Assembly (NCBI GenBank): GCA_965249575.1
Contig: OZ252244.1
Location: 192,001-256,000, forward strand
Reading direction: 5' to 3'
Length of the DNA: 64,000 nt
From: Gemmatimonadales bacterium
Lineage (GTDB): Bacteria > Gemmatimonadota > Gemmatimonadetes > Gemmatimonadales > GWC2-71-9
Below the pieces are notes generated by a model. The model was not told the origin of the DNA and made no database searches. It saw only the letters and a list, made by a program, of their open reading frames with translations. Position 1 is the stretch's first letter. Each line of letters opens with the position of its first letter. Below are positions 31,005 through 40,678 of the stretch, piece after piece. The position numbers and the translations under genes are program-made.

Positions 31005-31394
31005 CTACGGGCACAGTCTCCAAAATGGGACTGGGAACTTTGGTTCCAGCAGCGCCACGACGGGATCGAACACCCCGAGCTGGACGGCCGACTTGCCCCA
31101 CGCGAACGCTTCCTCGGACTCCTCCGAGGTTTCAACCGGTTCCAGCACCCGCCGGTCGCCAACATTTCTCGGCAGCGACACCGGTATCGGATTGCGGTCC
31201 GTGTGGGTGACCTCAGGCTTCGACGCTCCGAGGATTTCTATCGGACGGGCTGGGTCATCTCGTCCGCCCAAAAGCGCCTGACTCACCGGAACCTCAGCGG
31301 ACACCCCCGCTACCCGCACGACAGGAACGCACGCGGGCAGCACGATGAGGATCATCAGCATCGCAACTGATTGGGTGCGACTCGTGACCTTCAT
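31005..31394 (-). CDS. Hypothetical lipoprotein, possibly disrupted
   Basis: MKVTSRTQSVAMLMILIVLPAC lipoprotein-like signal; AGGAG upstream. Confidence 0.4.
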   Translation of the reverse strand: MKVTSRTQSVAMLMILIVLPACVPVVRVAGVSAEVPVSQALLGGRDDPARPIEILGASKPEVTHTDRNPIPVSLPRNVGDRRVLEPVETSEESEEAFAWGKSAVQLGVFDPVVALLEPKFPVPFWRLCP

Positions 31395-31453
31395 TAGCGA
31401 CGCTCCTAGCTGGTAGTCAGGAGCCACGCTACGTGAGGAGCGTCAAGGCGGCG

Positions 31454-31885
31454 TCAAGCCGGTGGCGATCGATCTCTCTCGGGGGGACCCCGATGCCTCG
31501 ATCCCTCGAACACGCACGCCGCGTATCCGAGCACGCGGTCGCCGCCTTTCAGCCCGCTGGCCGTCGGCTGCCAGCCCCGTGCCAAGCGATCGTGCAGTAA
31601 CTCTTCCGGCCCCGGCTTGCGATTCCAGACGGCGACCGCCGTCACGGACCCCAGTCAGGTGACATCGAAGGCCAGCCACAGAGGCCCCTCGATGTGGATC
31701 AGCACATCGTGCGTGTATTCGTCCTGCGTGATGACTTCGTCGATGGTGAGCGCGGGCTCCCGAGACCTGCTCCATTCCACCACATCGCCGAGGGTACGGA
31801 TCGCCCTCAGAGAGCGCCTGAGCGTGTCGAACGTGTCATTGCTCATGCCCGCCAGGTTTCGAATCTCGCGCACTTCACGACCCAT
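31454..31885 (-). CDS. Candidate selenoprotein of unknown function (about 143 aa; Sec at UGA 31655-31657)
   Basis: ORFs 31655-31984 and 31454-31645 share a frame and are separated only by TGA-CTG-GGG-TCC; SECIS-like hairpin follows. Confidence 0.75.
31624..31648 (-). promoter_or_regulatory. Bacterial SECIS-like hairpin
   Basis: UCCG-U(bulge)-GACGGC-GGUC-GCCGUC-UGGA; loop starts 17 nt after the UGA. Confidence 0.75.
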
Positions 31886-32244
31886 CGAGGCTACCCGCCC
31901 CACGCGGCGCGCCGAATCGTCTCGTGGCGAGTCGCCGAGCCCCGAGCGAGCCCGCCCGCCGCCACAAGCACCAATGACCCGCACGCGGCGGCGAGGGCGA
32001 GAGCGAGGGTGAGCGAATAGAGGTCGAACGACATCGCGGCTTCTTGATGGCGTGCTCAGAAGGGTACGTCTTCCTGGCTTGATGTCCAGCCACGCAGGCG
32101 CGATCGGCGAGAATGATCAGCGGCCTTTGATCGGCCCGTGGATGGGAGCAAAGCTCGTAGTGGATTTCGCACTCGCGAACACGATGAAACCCGCACGCAT
32201 CTCGCCCCGTAGAAGATCTATCATGCAGTCCCGGAGGCAACATC

Positions 32245-32682
32245 ATGCGACTTACCGTGCTCGTCCCCCTCGTTGGCTTGGTCATCTCCCCAGCGTTCGC
32301 CCAAGGCCAGGATATCGACCACGACACTGGCGCCGTCCGGGAGGTTATCGAGCACGCCTACGTGATGGGCATCTTCTCCAATCGCGATCCGGCCGCCGTG
32401 CGCGCCGGATTCCACCCCTCCTTCGTGATGTCAGTTCTGGACGGCGACAGTACGATCGTCGCCCCTCTCGAAGTGTGGCTCGGGCGATTGCAGCTGAATG
32501 GCGAGCCGAGCTCAGACTCGGTTAAGCACGTCTTCGAGCGCGTGGACGTGACGGCTAATACGGCGGTCGCGAAACTCCAGCTGTGGATCAACGGCCACCA
32601 CACCTACACCGACTATCTCGGCCTGTATCGATTCACCGATGGCTGGAAGATCGTGACGAAGGTGTTCGCTTCGCACGACTGA
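32245..32682 (+). CDS. Secreted NTF2-like (lumazine-binding-like) protein
   Basis: Signal peptide; FHP, VDVTANTAVAK, YTDYLGL..DGWKIVTKVF. Confidence 0.85.
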   Translation: MRLTVLVPLVGLVISPAFAQGQDIDHDTGAVREVIEHAYVMGIFSNRDPAAVRAGFHPSFVMSVLDGDSTIVAPLEVWLGRLQLNGEPSSDSVKHVFERVDVTANTAVAKLQLWINGHHTYTDYLGLYRFTDGWKIVTKVFASHD

Positions 32683-32882
32683 GGCGCGCAGGAGGCTTAA
32701 GCGTCACGAGGCCCAGCGATAGCTCACCAGGCCCCTCTGTTCCCGCCAAGACCTGCCATATGGAGGCGCCAAGCCCCCAGCGCGGGCCCGAACCCTGGGA
32801 GATATACTTCGGGAACGGCCACTGGGGTCTCACGCGGGGATCTGAGTGGGATTCGGCTGCCCCTCGAGACCGGGAGAACGCA

Positions 32883-35075
32883 ATGACCACGAGCGGCGTT
32901 GTCGCGCGCGCGAGAACCACCGTCCTCGCCACCCTCGTCTGCGCGATCCACGTCGCCCTGCCCCCGGTGACCTCCGCTCAAGACAACCCGTTCGGCAAAC
33001 ACACCTACGAGCACACCGTCCGCACGGCCGACTGGCTCTCCTCGATGCAGCCCGCGACCACCTGGGAAACGCCCGCGCACGGGGAGGCGGCGGATTTCCT
33101 CGAGTTCATCTCGGACAACCGGCTGCTGGTGGGTGTCATCGACGTGAATCGCCACGCCGCTCCGGGGCACAGCAAACTGTATCTCGTCGACGCAAACACC
33201 GGATCGCTGCTGTGGGAGTACGAGCGAGACAACCTCTCCGGCGGCTCCTATAGCCTCCTCCTCACCGAGCCCCACCTGCTCCTCCTGGGCGCCGATTCGC
33301 GATCAGCTCGCTTCGACGCGCTCGACCAGGCATCGGGACGGGAGGTATGGGACCTGAAGGTCGACGCGCCATACAGCGTGGCGATAGCGCTGGAGCAGCA
33401 ACGGCTGCTGGTGCTCTTCCGAGACGGATCCCGTTGGAAGCTCAGGGCGGTCGACATTGAGCGCGGCAAACAGGCGTGGGAGCTGTCGCTCGACGAGAGC
33501 TTGGCCACCAAGTCGACGCCGGCATCCGTCACCGTGGCCGCAGGCTCCGCCTACGTGCTCGGCCGGGCCATCGTCGAGGTGAGCATCGCCGACGGCAGCG
33601 TCACTCGCACCATCGATGCGGCACCCCTGGCAGCCGACGGCGGCACCGCCCTCTCACTCGAGGACGGAATGCTCGCATGGGACGCCGGCTCGGTGAGCTA
33701 CGTCGACCGGGCATCCGGCACCGCACGCTGGACCTCGACGGCCGATGCCCCAATCCAGTCGGTCGTCGTGGCGGGTGGTCACATCGTGCAGGCGTCCGGC
33801 GAGGACGTGGAGCACACGGTATTGAGCCTGCTCGACCCCGCCAGCGGACGCGCGCGTTGGACGTACGAGGTTGCGGGGCCCGTCCTGAGCCCTTTGGCAA
33901 GCGATGCCGGGCTGCTCCTGTTCACGACCGACTCGGCCCTCGTCGGGATCGATACCACCGAGGGCCACGCGGCGTTCGTCAGCGATTTCCCGGACGAGAT
34001 GGCAGCCGGGAGTCCCTCACACGCCGAAATGATGGGATTGCCGGATGTGCTGCGCAGCGAGGCCGGGCGACTGTTCGTGTCGCGAGAGCGAGCGGGCCTC
34101 TCCGCATTCGACGTCCCTACGGGGACGCTGGACTGGTACCAACGGCACTACGACGCCAACCTTCCGGCGCTCAATTACACGGCGGACGGACGCTACGCCT
34201 ACGTGTACCAGACGCTATTCGCAACGGGGCGCATGGAAGCCGGTGGACAGGTCACGCCACCTGCCAGTCTCGCCGCAGTGAATCGGTCCACCAGTTCGTC
34301 GCCTCTCCTCGCCACCGCCCAGCGCGACTACAGCGCAGCCCGCTCTCGATACGACGCGCTCCAGCGCGATCCGAGCCCGACTGCCGGTGAGCGGCGCGGC
34401 GCGGTCGAGGGCGTGCGACTCGCTGCGGAGGGACAACTCGCCGCGACCAACATGGATATCGCGATCGGCCGCTTCAACGCTGGAATGGGATTGGTGAACT
34501 CGCTCGTTGGACTCGCCGACGCGGTCGGGCAGATGGTGCAGCGTAAGGGTCAGCAGGGGCTGATCGATCGTGCTCAGCTCTCCATGCAGGGTGCGATGCT
34601 CGCCCAGCATCGGTTGTTCCAGAGCGGCCGCTACCTGCGGCCCTTCTACCTGGTGGGTCGCGGCCGCGGCGTCACGGTGGTGCAGACCGTCAGTGGCCGG
34701 AGACGCGATCTCATCTTCTCACCCCACAGCGCGCCGTCGATTGGGTACGGCCTGGACATGCCCACCTTCGCCGTGAGCCCGGCCGGGGACCGGCTCGTCG
34801 CGTTCGGTATCAGCCTCCACTCTGAGCGGTATGAGCGGCGCGGCAAGTGGAACACGCACCTTCCCAACTACTCGATCTTGAGCTACGACCTGGACAACCT
34901 CAAGTTCGTCGATCATGCGACGGTGTTCGCGTCCGTCATCGATGCGGTGGTTGCCAGCGACAGCACACTCGTCGCGTGGCTGCTCGAGCGCGGCGGTGAC
35001 GCATCTGAACGCCGGGCTCTGTGGTTTGGTCGAGCAGCAGTAAGCCCGACCCATCCGCACCCGCACCCAGTTTGA
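32883..35075 (+). CDS. Secreted PQQ-like beta-propeller repeat protein, probably truncated at the C terminus
   Basis: Repeated D..(S/T)G...W motifs; ends just after the start of an ankyrin-like segment (LVAWLLERGGDA). Confidence 0.7.
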   Translation: MTTSGVVARARTTVLATLVCAIHVALPPVTSAQDNPFGKHTYEHTVRTADWLSSMQPATTWETPAHGEAADFLEFISDNRLLVGVIDVNRHAAPGHSKLYLVDANTGSLLWEYERDNLSGGSYSLLLTEPHLLLLGADSRSARFDALDQASGREVWDLKVDAPYSVAIALEQQRLLVLFRDGSRWKLRAVDIERGKQAWELSLDESLATKSTPASVTVAAGSAYVLGRAIVEVSIADGSVTRTIDAAPLAADGGTALSLEDGMLAWDAGSVSYVDRASGTARWTSTADAPIQSVVVAGGHIVQASGEDVEHTVLSLLDPASGRARWTYEVAGPVLSPLASDAGLLLFTTDSALVGIDTTEGHAAFVSDFPDEMAAGSPSHAEMMGLPDVLRSEAGRLFVSRERAGLSAFDVPTGTLDWYQRHYDANLPALNYTADGRYAYVYQTLFATGRMEAGGQVTPPASLAAVNRSTSSSPLLATAQRDYSAARSRYDALQRDPSPTAGERRGAVEGVRLAAEGQLAATNMDIAIGRFNAGMGLVNSLVGLADAVGQMVQRKGQQGLIDRAQLSMQGAMLAQHRLFQSGRYLRPFYLVGRGRGVTVVQTVSGRRRDLIFSPHSAPSIGYGLDMPTFAVSPAGDRLVAFGISLHSERYERRGKWNTHLPNYSILSYDLDNLKFVDHATVFASVIDAVVASDSTLVAWLLERGGDASERRALWFGRAAVSPTHPHPHPV

Positions 35076-35307
35076 CTCGAATAGTCCCTTCCCCATCGCG
35101 CATCTGCAGGATGGCACCCCCCTCCGGACCAACGCTGATCGAAGCCCCAACCCGACCGGCGGCATCGACTAGCTCGAGGCCCCGCCCCAGGAGAATCTCG
35201 GCTTCGCCCTGTGCGAGGACCGAATTGTCACGAGTCATCACCGCAACCAGCACGACGACATTGACAACCGTGAAAACGACAGCCACGCGCTGTATTGTCG
35301 ACATCAT
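34936..35307 (-). CDS. Hypothetical exported protein, probably 3'-truncated
   Basis: TM/signal helix, RGLELVDAAGRV, GTIRVKLGAGADGSGLLLLD; GGAGG RBS. Confidence 0.55.
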   Translation of the reverse strand: MMSTIQRVAVVFTVVNVVVLVAVMTRDNSVLAQGEAEILLGRGLELVDAAGRVGASISVGPEGGAILQMRDGEGTIRVKLGAGADGSGLLLLDQTTEPGVQMRHRRARAATRRVCCRWQPPHR

Positions 35308-35412
35308 TCCCCCTCCCTCCGAGCCCTCGGTGCCTGCGGGAAGTCACGTGAGTCGTGGAGAACACCCAAAGCCGTCCCTTACCCGCGGCAACCCGCCTGT
35401 GGACGGGTTACC

Positions 35413-35643
35413 CTAGACTGACGCCCACCGTCCCCGCTTCCGCTTCCGAATCGCCAAATCCGTTACGGCGAGTGCCGCCGTCGCCGATAGGAGCATGAGC
35501 GCGACCAACAACGCCAACAGTGCCACGTGATTGCCCTCCACAGTCGACCAAACCGCCCGGAGGACCAATACAGCCACGAGAGCGAGAAAGGTGGCGCCCA
35601 CTGCTCGTACAGCGATGCTGACGATTCGGTCGGGAGTAACCAT
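35413..35643 (-). CDS. Small hypothetical membrane protein
   Basis: Two hydrophobic helices and a basic tail. Confidence 0.4.
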   Translation of the reverse strand: MVTPDRIVSIAVRAVGATFLALVAVLVLRAVWSTVEGNHVALLALLVALMLLSATAALAVTDLAIRKRKRGRWASV

Positions 35644-35665
35644 CAGATCACCGGGCCAGCTTGGC

Positions 35666-36211
35666 TCACCGCCCGCGAGGGCGACGACGCAACACGAGAT
35701 ACGCGACGATCGTGGTGACAATCGAGAGCAGGACGAGCACGACGAGGCCAAACTTCAGTCCGGTCACGAAGGGAAGTGCAGCCGTGGTCATCGACGCCTC
35801 GGGATACCGAACGATCGCCGTCCACAGCACCACGTCTTCGAGTACGTCGGCCGCCGCCATCGCTGGCGGGATTCCCAACGTCCAACGCCAGGCGGTTGCC
35901 TCCAGACCGGCGCGCTTCAACAGCCACGCCAGGAAGAGCGTCGTGGCGACGGCAAGGATGACCGGATTCACCACGTCCCAGAATTGAAAGCGGCCATAGA
36001 GTGCGCGCTCCGTCTGATCCAGGTTGGTGAGGAACGAGCGTAACTCGGCTGACGTCGTGACGGTCTCTTCGGGAAGCGGGCGCCCCCCTGTGACCTCCTT
36101 GAGCGTCGCGTATGGCCCGAGTTGAAACAACAGTGGACTGCCTATCGCCAACACACCGACCGCGATCAGCACCCGCCACCCCGTCGCCAAGCAGATCGCG
36201 AGCTGGATCAA
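35666..36211 (-). CDS. Hypothetical membrane protein
   Basis: TTG start with GAGGGG RBS; several TM helices. Confidence 0.6.
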   Translation of the reverse strand: MIQLAICLATGWRVLIAVGVLAIGSPLLFQLGPYATLKEVTGGRPLPEETVTTSAELRSFLTNLDQTERALYGRFQFWDVVNPVILAVATTLFLAWLLKRAGLEATAWRWTLGIPPAMAAADVLEDVVLWTAIVRYPEASMTTAALPFVTGLKFGLVVLVLLSIVTTIVAYLVLRRRPRGR

Positions 36212-36252
36212 GGTGTCCCCTCTAGACGCGAGTGCTGATAACCCACAGGCGG

Positions 36253-36876
36253 TCAGGCCTCGGCCCGCGACGCGATCGACACCGGCACCGGTAACGTCCC
36301 GCGCCTCCGCATCAATCCCGCCAGGAGCACGCCATACCCTATCCACATGCAGGACAGCAGCGACGCAAAGACAAGCAGCGGTACGGTGGCGAGCATGCTC
36401 AAATCGTCACGTGCGGCGAGGTAAAACGGATACCAGAACCAGAGCGCCAGGGCCGTGCCACCCACCCGGCCCGGTGCGACCCGGGAGCTTGGCACCGATT
36501 TCCACAGGACGGTCAAGAGCGCCCCATACGATCCCCCGAGTACTGTACCGATGATCAGGAGTCCAACCGTCCCAGGTATGGAAAAAGTCGCAGGCACACC
36601 CGCAGCGAGCGCCACCAACCGCATCCCGATGCGTAGTCCGAGCCCGAGGGCCAATCCAGCTAGCAAACCAGGCACGATTCCAGGGAGGATGGTTCGAAAC
36701 CAATTGACTGGCCGGCGCGGCTCCTCCACAGCCAGAAGGGCAACAGCCAATGGGATCGGCCCTAGAAGCGTTATCCCGATGTCATTTAAATCGCTGGAGA
36801 ACTCGAGGCGGAGCAGGACGATCCACGCTACGTATGCTACGATGAGTATGCCAGCCTTCAGGACGTTCGAGCCCAC
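36253..36876 (-). CDS. Hypothetical integral membrane protein
   Basis: About 6 hydrophobic segments. Confidence 0.55.
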   Translation of the reverse strand: MGSNVLKAGILIVAYVAWIVLLRLEFSSDLNDIGITLLGPIPLAVALLAVEEPRRPVNWFRTILPGIVPGLLAGLALGLGLRIGMRLVALAAGVPATFSIPGTVGLLIIGTVLGGSYGALLTVLWKSVPSSRVAPGRVGGTALALWFWYPFYLAARDDLSMLATVPLLVFASLLSCMWIGYGVLLAGLMRRRGTLPVPVSIASRAEA

Positions 36877-36968
36877 GTTAGTCTCTGGCGTTAGCGGTCG
36901 TAGCCGCCCTTGGCGCGGCTCGTCTCATACTGAGGGAGTAGAGCCGCGAGGGCAAGTTGCTGAGAATC

Positions 36969-37793
36969 TCACCGCGCCCGCTGGTACTCGGTGAATCGTC
37001 CGATGGACCGAAACCCCAGCCGGCGGTACACGCGTTCGCCATCCGACGATGCCTGAAGCACCGCGACCGCTGCGCCTCGCTGCTCGGCCTGCCGGAGTAC
37101 GTAATCCGTCATCGCACCGCCCAGGCCCCGCCCTCGGTACGCGGCCAACGTGGCCACCGAATACAGCCCGGCAGCATCACGGGAGAGGCATACCTCCGCC
37201 GTCGCGACTGGCACACTTCCAAGCAACCCGATCGCGAAAACCACCGGGGCGTCCTTTCTAAAGAGCCGCCCGGCCGTGGCACGGTAGAAGCGGCCAATGC
37301 ACGAATCGGGGGGATCCCAGTTTGCAGCGAGGACCTGAGCGAACGCGTCCAGGTCCGCGTCGTCACGCACCACCTTCATCTCGAGATCCGCGAGGGGCGC
37401 GGGGCGGGCCAGCAATGTGGCCAAGTCCCGGACCATCGCCGTCTCGTGCTCCGATGGTGAGAGCCCAGCCTGTTGCAAGAGGGTCGGGAGCTCCGCCGGG
37501 GTGTCTCCGGGCCCGTGCCACCACGAAAACGGGCGGCCGTGGGTCTCGAAGTGCTCGATCACAGCCGCGATACGGTTTGCCGCCCGCGACGGCTCGAGCC
37601 GAGCACGGCATACGACGTTGAAGGTGTCCGTCGGGAGACCGGAGTCCACCAGCACGAGGTCGGGTCGATCCTCCACACGCATTCCCGGCTGCCCGGTCGG
37701 CAGCCAGCCGACGTGAAGCGCGAAGTTGTCATCCAGCCGGTCGAGCTGAGACGCTCGGTCGCTGAGTCTCCCAGGTTCTCCCGCCGCGCTCAT
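36969..37793 (-). CDS. GNAT family acetyltransferase
   Basis: VATLAAYRGRGLG, LQAS..G..VYRRLGF. Confidence 0.88.
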   Translation of the reverse strand: MSAAGEPGRLSDRASQLDRLDDNFALHVGWLPTGQPGMRVEDRPDLVLVDSGLPTDTFNVVCRARLEPSRAANRIAAVIEHFETHGRPFSWWHGPGDTPAELPTLLQQAGLSPSEHETAMVRDLATLLARPAPLADLEMKVVRDDADLDAFAQVLAANWDPPDSCIGRFYRATAGRLFRKDAPVVFAIGLLGSVPVATAEVCLSRDAAGLYSVATLAAYRGRGLGGAMTDYVLRQAEQRGAAVAVLQASSDGERVYRRLGFRSIGRFTEYQRAR

Positions 37794-39062
37794 CGCGACA
37801 CAGGCGCCAGTCGGTTGTACTTCAAGAGCACTTCCACGAGGCGATCGTGTGGCAAGGCGGTCACGCGCACGTCGTCAACACCGACCATCGTCTCCGCCGC
37901 GATGAGCGCGTTCAGAATCGCCTCCTCGGTGGCCTGGACGGTGGCGTCGAATAGCGGATTGATTCGGTCGTTCGGTAGCATGGTGACGGAAGCCAGCCCG
38001 CTCCGCCTCGCGGCCTCTGGGTTGGCAGTCGAGAAGGCAAGAAAAATATCGCCCGAAGAGTTCTCACCCAGGCCGCCCATCTTGCCGACAGCGAGAGCCG
38101 CTCGCTTGGCCACGCGCTTCAGCTGGTGGGGCAGTAGGGGCGCATCCGTCGCCACGATGATGATGATCGAGCCCGATCCATCCAAACCGGGTGCGTCCTC
38201 TTCCGACGGCCCAGTCGGCGCCGAATCCGCTCGCGCGCCGCAGGTCGGGATCCCACCATAACGGGCTCTCGCGGGAGGCTGACGTGACTCGTAGCAAGAT
38301 TCGAAGATCTGAGATCTCTCGTCCGACTGGGACGCCATCCACGCGAAACAGGCGGCGGCTTCCGTAGTTGCATTGTACCAGTACTCCGACGGCGTACCCA
38401 CCCGCCCGCGCGTGGAGGGTTCTCGAGGCGGTGCCGATGCCACCTTTGAACCCCTGACCGATCATGCCGGTCCCCCCGCCCACGTTCCCCTCCTCGACGC
38501 GGCCGGATGAAGCGCCATCGAGGGCGGCGTAGACGTGCTCCGGCTTGACGTGAAACCCCTTGTCGTCGTTCAGCAAGCCGTCGAACGTCTCGGCGACGAC
38601 GGGAAGAGCAAAGGAGGGTGCTCGACCGTTCCTCGCCATCCAGTCGACGGTGGCATCCCGCACGACGCCCACGCTGTGCGTGTTGGTGATGAGAACGGGA
38701 CTCTCGAGCATGCCGGATTCTTCGATCCACGTCGTCCCGGTCATCTCGCCGTTGCCGTTGAGTGTAAACCATCCAGCAAACGCGGTGTCGGAACCGGCCC
38801 TGCCCCTCGGGAAGATGGCGGTGATCCCGGTGCGCACGGGACCGCTTCCCTGCACCAGGCGGCCGGCGCCCTGAATGAGCGTCGTGTGGACGACCTCGAC
38901 GCCTGCGACATCGGTGATGGCGTTGAGGAGTCCCGGCGTGCCGTCGAGCTGGATGCCGAGATCACGGGCGCGAGGGTTCTCTTGAGCCCACGACGCCGCC
39001 GACGCCGCGCAGAGACAAAGAAATACTCGAGCGGCGCCGGCGATCGTTGAGCGAGTGGACAT
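37790..39062 (-). pseudogene. DmpA/P1-family aminopeptidase, frameshifted near 38297
   Basis: NAITDVAGVEV, EGNVGGGTGM in one frame; GSIIIIVATDAPL, NSSGDIFLAFST in another. Confidence 0.85.
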
Positions 39063-39516
39063 CTCGTAACCCCAGGTTGTGGGTCTGTGGCGGAGCGTTC
39101 GCGCGGCCACCGGACAGCCGCGCTGCCGCGGGGTGGAGACTTGCCGTCAGGATCGCGGATCGTCAACCTTTCCAGGCGCTTCGCAGATCAACTCCCTCTC
39201 AACGCTGGCCCGACGCTCATACCGCACCTGGCGTGCTCGTCCGTCGGCTCCACTGGGTACCGCATTTCGCCAGATTCCCGCTGCGCCTTTACATGCATTA
39301 CGGAGCAAATCACGCCGTAGCTCATCGCCTCCACAATCACCCCTCCGGCTAAAGACACCGTGCCTGCGCCCACCGCTTTTCTCGGCCCTCCCAGTCTTGC
39401 GAAGCGCAATGGTTAGCGTTGGATTAGAGAACTCACATCCGGGACCTTTGAACAACGTTTGGCGGTATCGTGCGTAGGCGATCTTGCCGGCATCGGCCAC
39501 TTGAGGACACTCGACG

Positions 39517-40668
39517 ATGGATTTTTCATGGACAGCGGAGCAAGTCGCGCTGAAGGACAAGGTCATCGCATTTGCACGCGAATCGTTGAGCGATCGAGTC
39601 CTCGAGCGCGATACCGAGGGTGAGTTTCCGCATGTCGGTTGGCGGAAATGCGCAGAGTTCGGCATTCAGAGCATGGCGATCCCGGCCGAGTTCAACTCGT
39701 CGGGAGTCGACACGGATTTACTGTCCGCGACGCTCGCCATGGAGGCGCTGGGCTACGGGTGTCGGGACAATGGCCTGACGTTCGCGCTCAACACGCAGAT
39801 GTGGACGGTGCAGTACCCGATTCACCGATTTGGAACGGACGCGCAGAAGCGGGAGTACCTGCCAAAGATGTGCGCGGGCGAGCTCATTGGTGCACACGCG
39901 ATCACCGAACGGGAATCGGGCTCCGATGTTTTCGCCCTGCAGACACACGCTAAACGGGTCGACGGCGGGTATCTCCTCAACGGGACAAAGCGTTTCGTTT
40001 CGCTCGGACCTATCGCGGATCTCGCACTGATGTTCGTGACGCTGGACCCTTCGAAAGCGAAGTGGGGTGTCACCGCGCTCCTCGTGCCGACGGACTCGCC
40101 CGGTTTAAAGGTGAGCGCCCCGCAGCAGAAGATGGGTCTTGGCACCGTGCCGATGGGGGACATCGTCGTGACGGACTGCTTTGTCGCGGAGGCGAATCGT
40201 CTCGGACCTGAGGGCGCCGGGGCAAGCATCTCTACAAGCTGTCTTGGCGTCGAGCGATGCTTCATTCTCGCTAGTCACCTCGGCGCCATGGAACATCAAC
40301 TCGAGAACGCGATTCACTACGCTCGAACCCGGCGGCAATTTGGTCAGCCAATCGGGAAGTTTCAGTCTGTCTCAAATCGAGTAGCCGACATGAAGCTCCG
40401 CCTGGAGACCGCCCGGCTGCTGTTATACCAAGTCGCCTGGTTGAGCCAGCAGAACAAATCGGTCATGCTGGAATCCGCGCTTCTGAAGCTTCACTTGAGC
40501 GAGAGCTTCGTCGCTTCGAGTATGGACGCGCTGCGGATTCACGGTGGCAACGGGTACCTCAGAGAATTCGAAGTAGAACGTGATCTGCGCGACTCGATCG
40601 GAGGTGTGTTGTACGCAGGGACGACTGACATCCAGCGGGTCCTGATCGCACGCATACTCGGACTATGA
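39517..40668 (+). CDS. Acyl-CoA dehydrogenase family, likely prolyl-carrier-protein dehydrogenase (PltE/RedW-like)
   Basis: EALGYGCRDNGL, RRQFGQPIGKFQSVSNR, IHGGNGY, YAGTTDIQR; adjacent to an A domain and carrier protein. Confidence 0.8.
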   Translation: MDFSWTAEQVALKDKVIAFARESLSDRVLERDTEGEFPHVGWRKCAEFGIQSMAIPAEFNSSGVDTDLLSATLAMEALGYGCRDNGLTFALNTQMWTVQYPIHRFGTDAQKREYLPKMCAGELIGAHAITERESGSDVFALQTHAKRVDGGYLLNGTKRFVSLGPIADLALMFVTLDPSKAKWGVTALLVPTDSPGLKVSAPQQKMGLGTVPMGDIVVTDCFVAEANRLGPEGAGASISTSCLGVERCFILASHLGAMEHQLENAIHYARTRRQFGQPIGKFQSVSNRVADMKLRLETARLLLYQVAWLSQQNKSVMLESALLKLHLSESFVASSMDALRIHGGNGYLREFEVERDLRDSIGGVLYAGTTDIQRVLIARILGL

Positions 40669-40678
40669 GCCGCCAATC

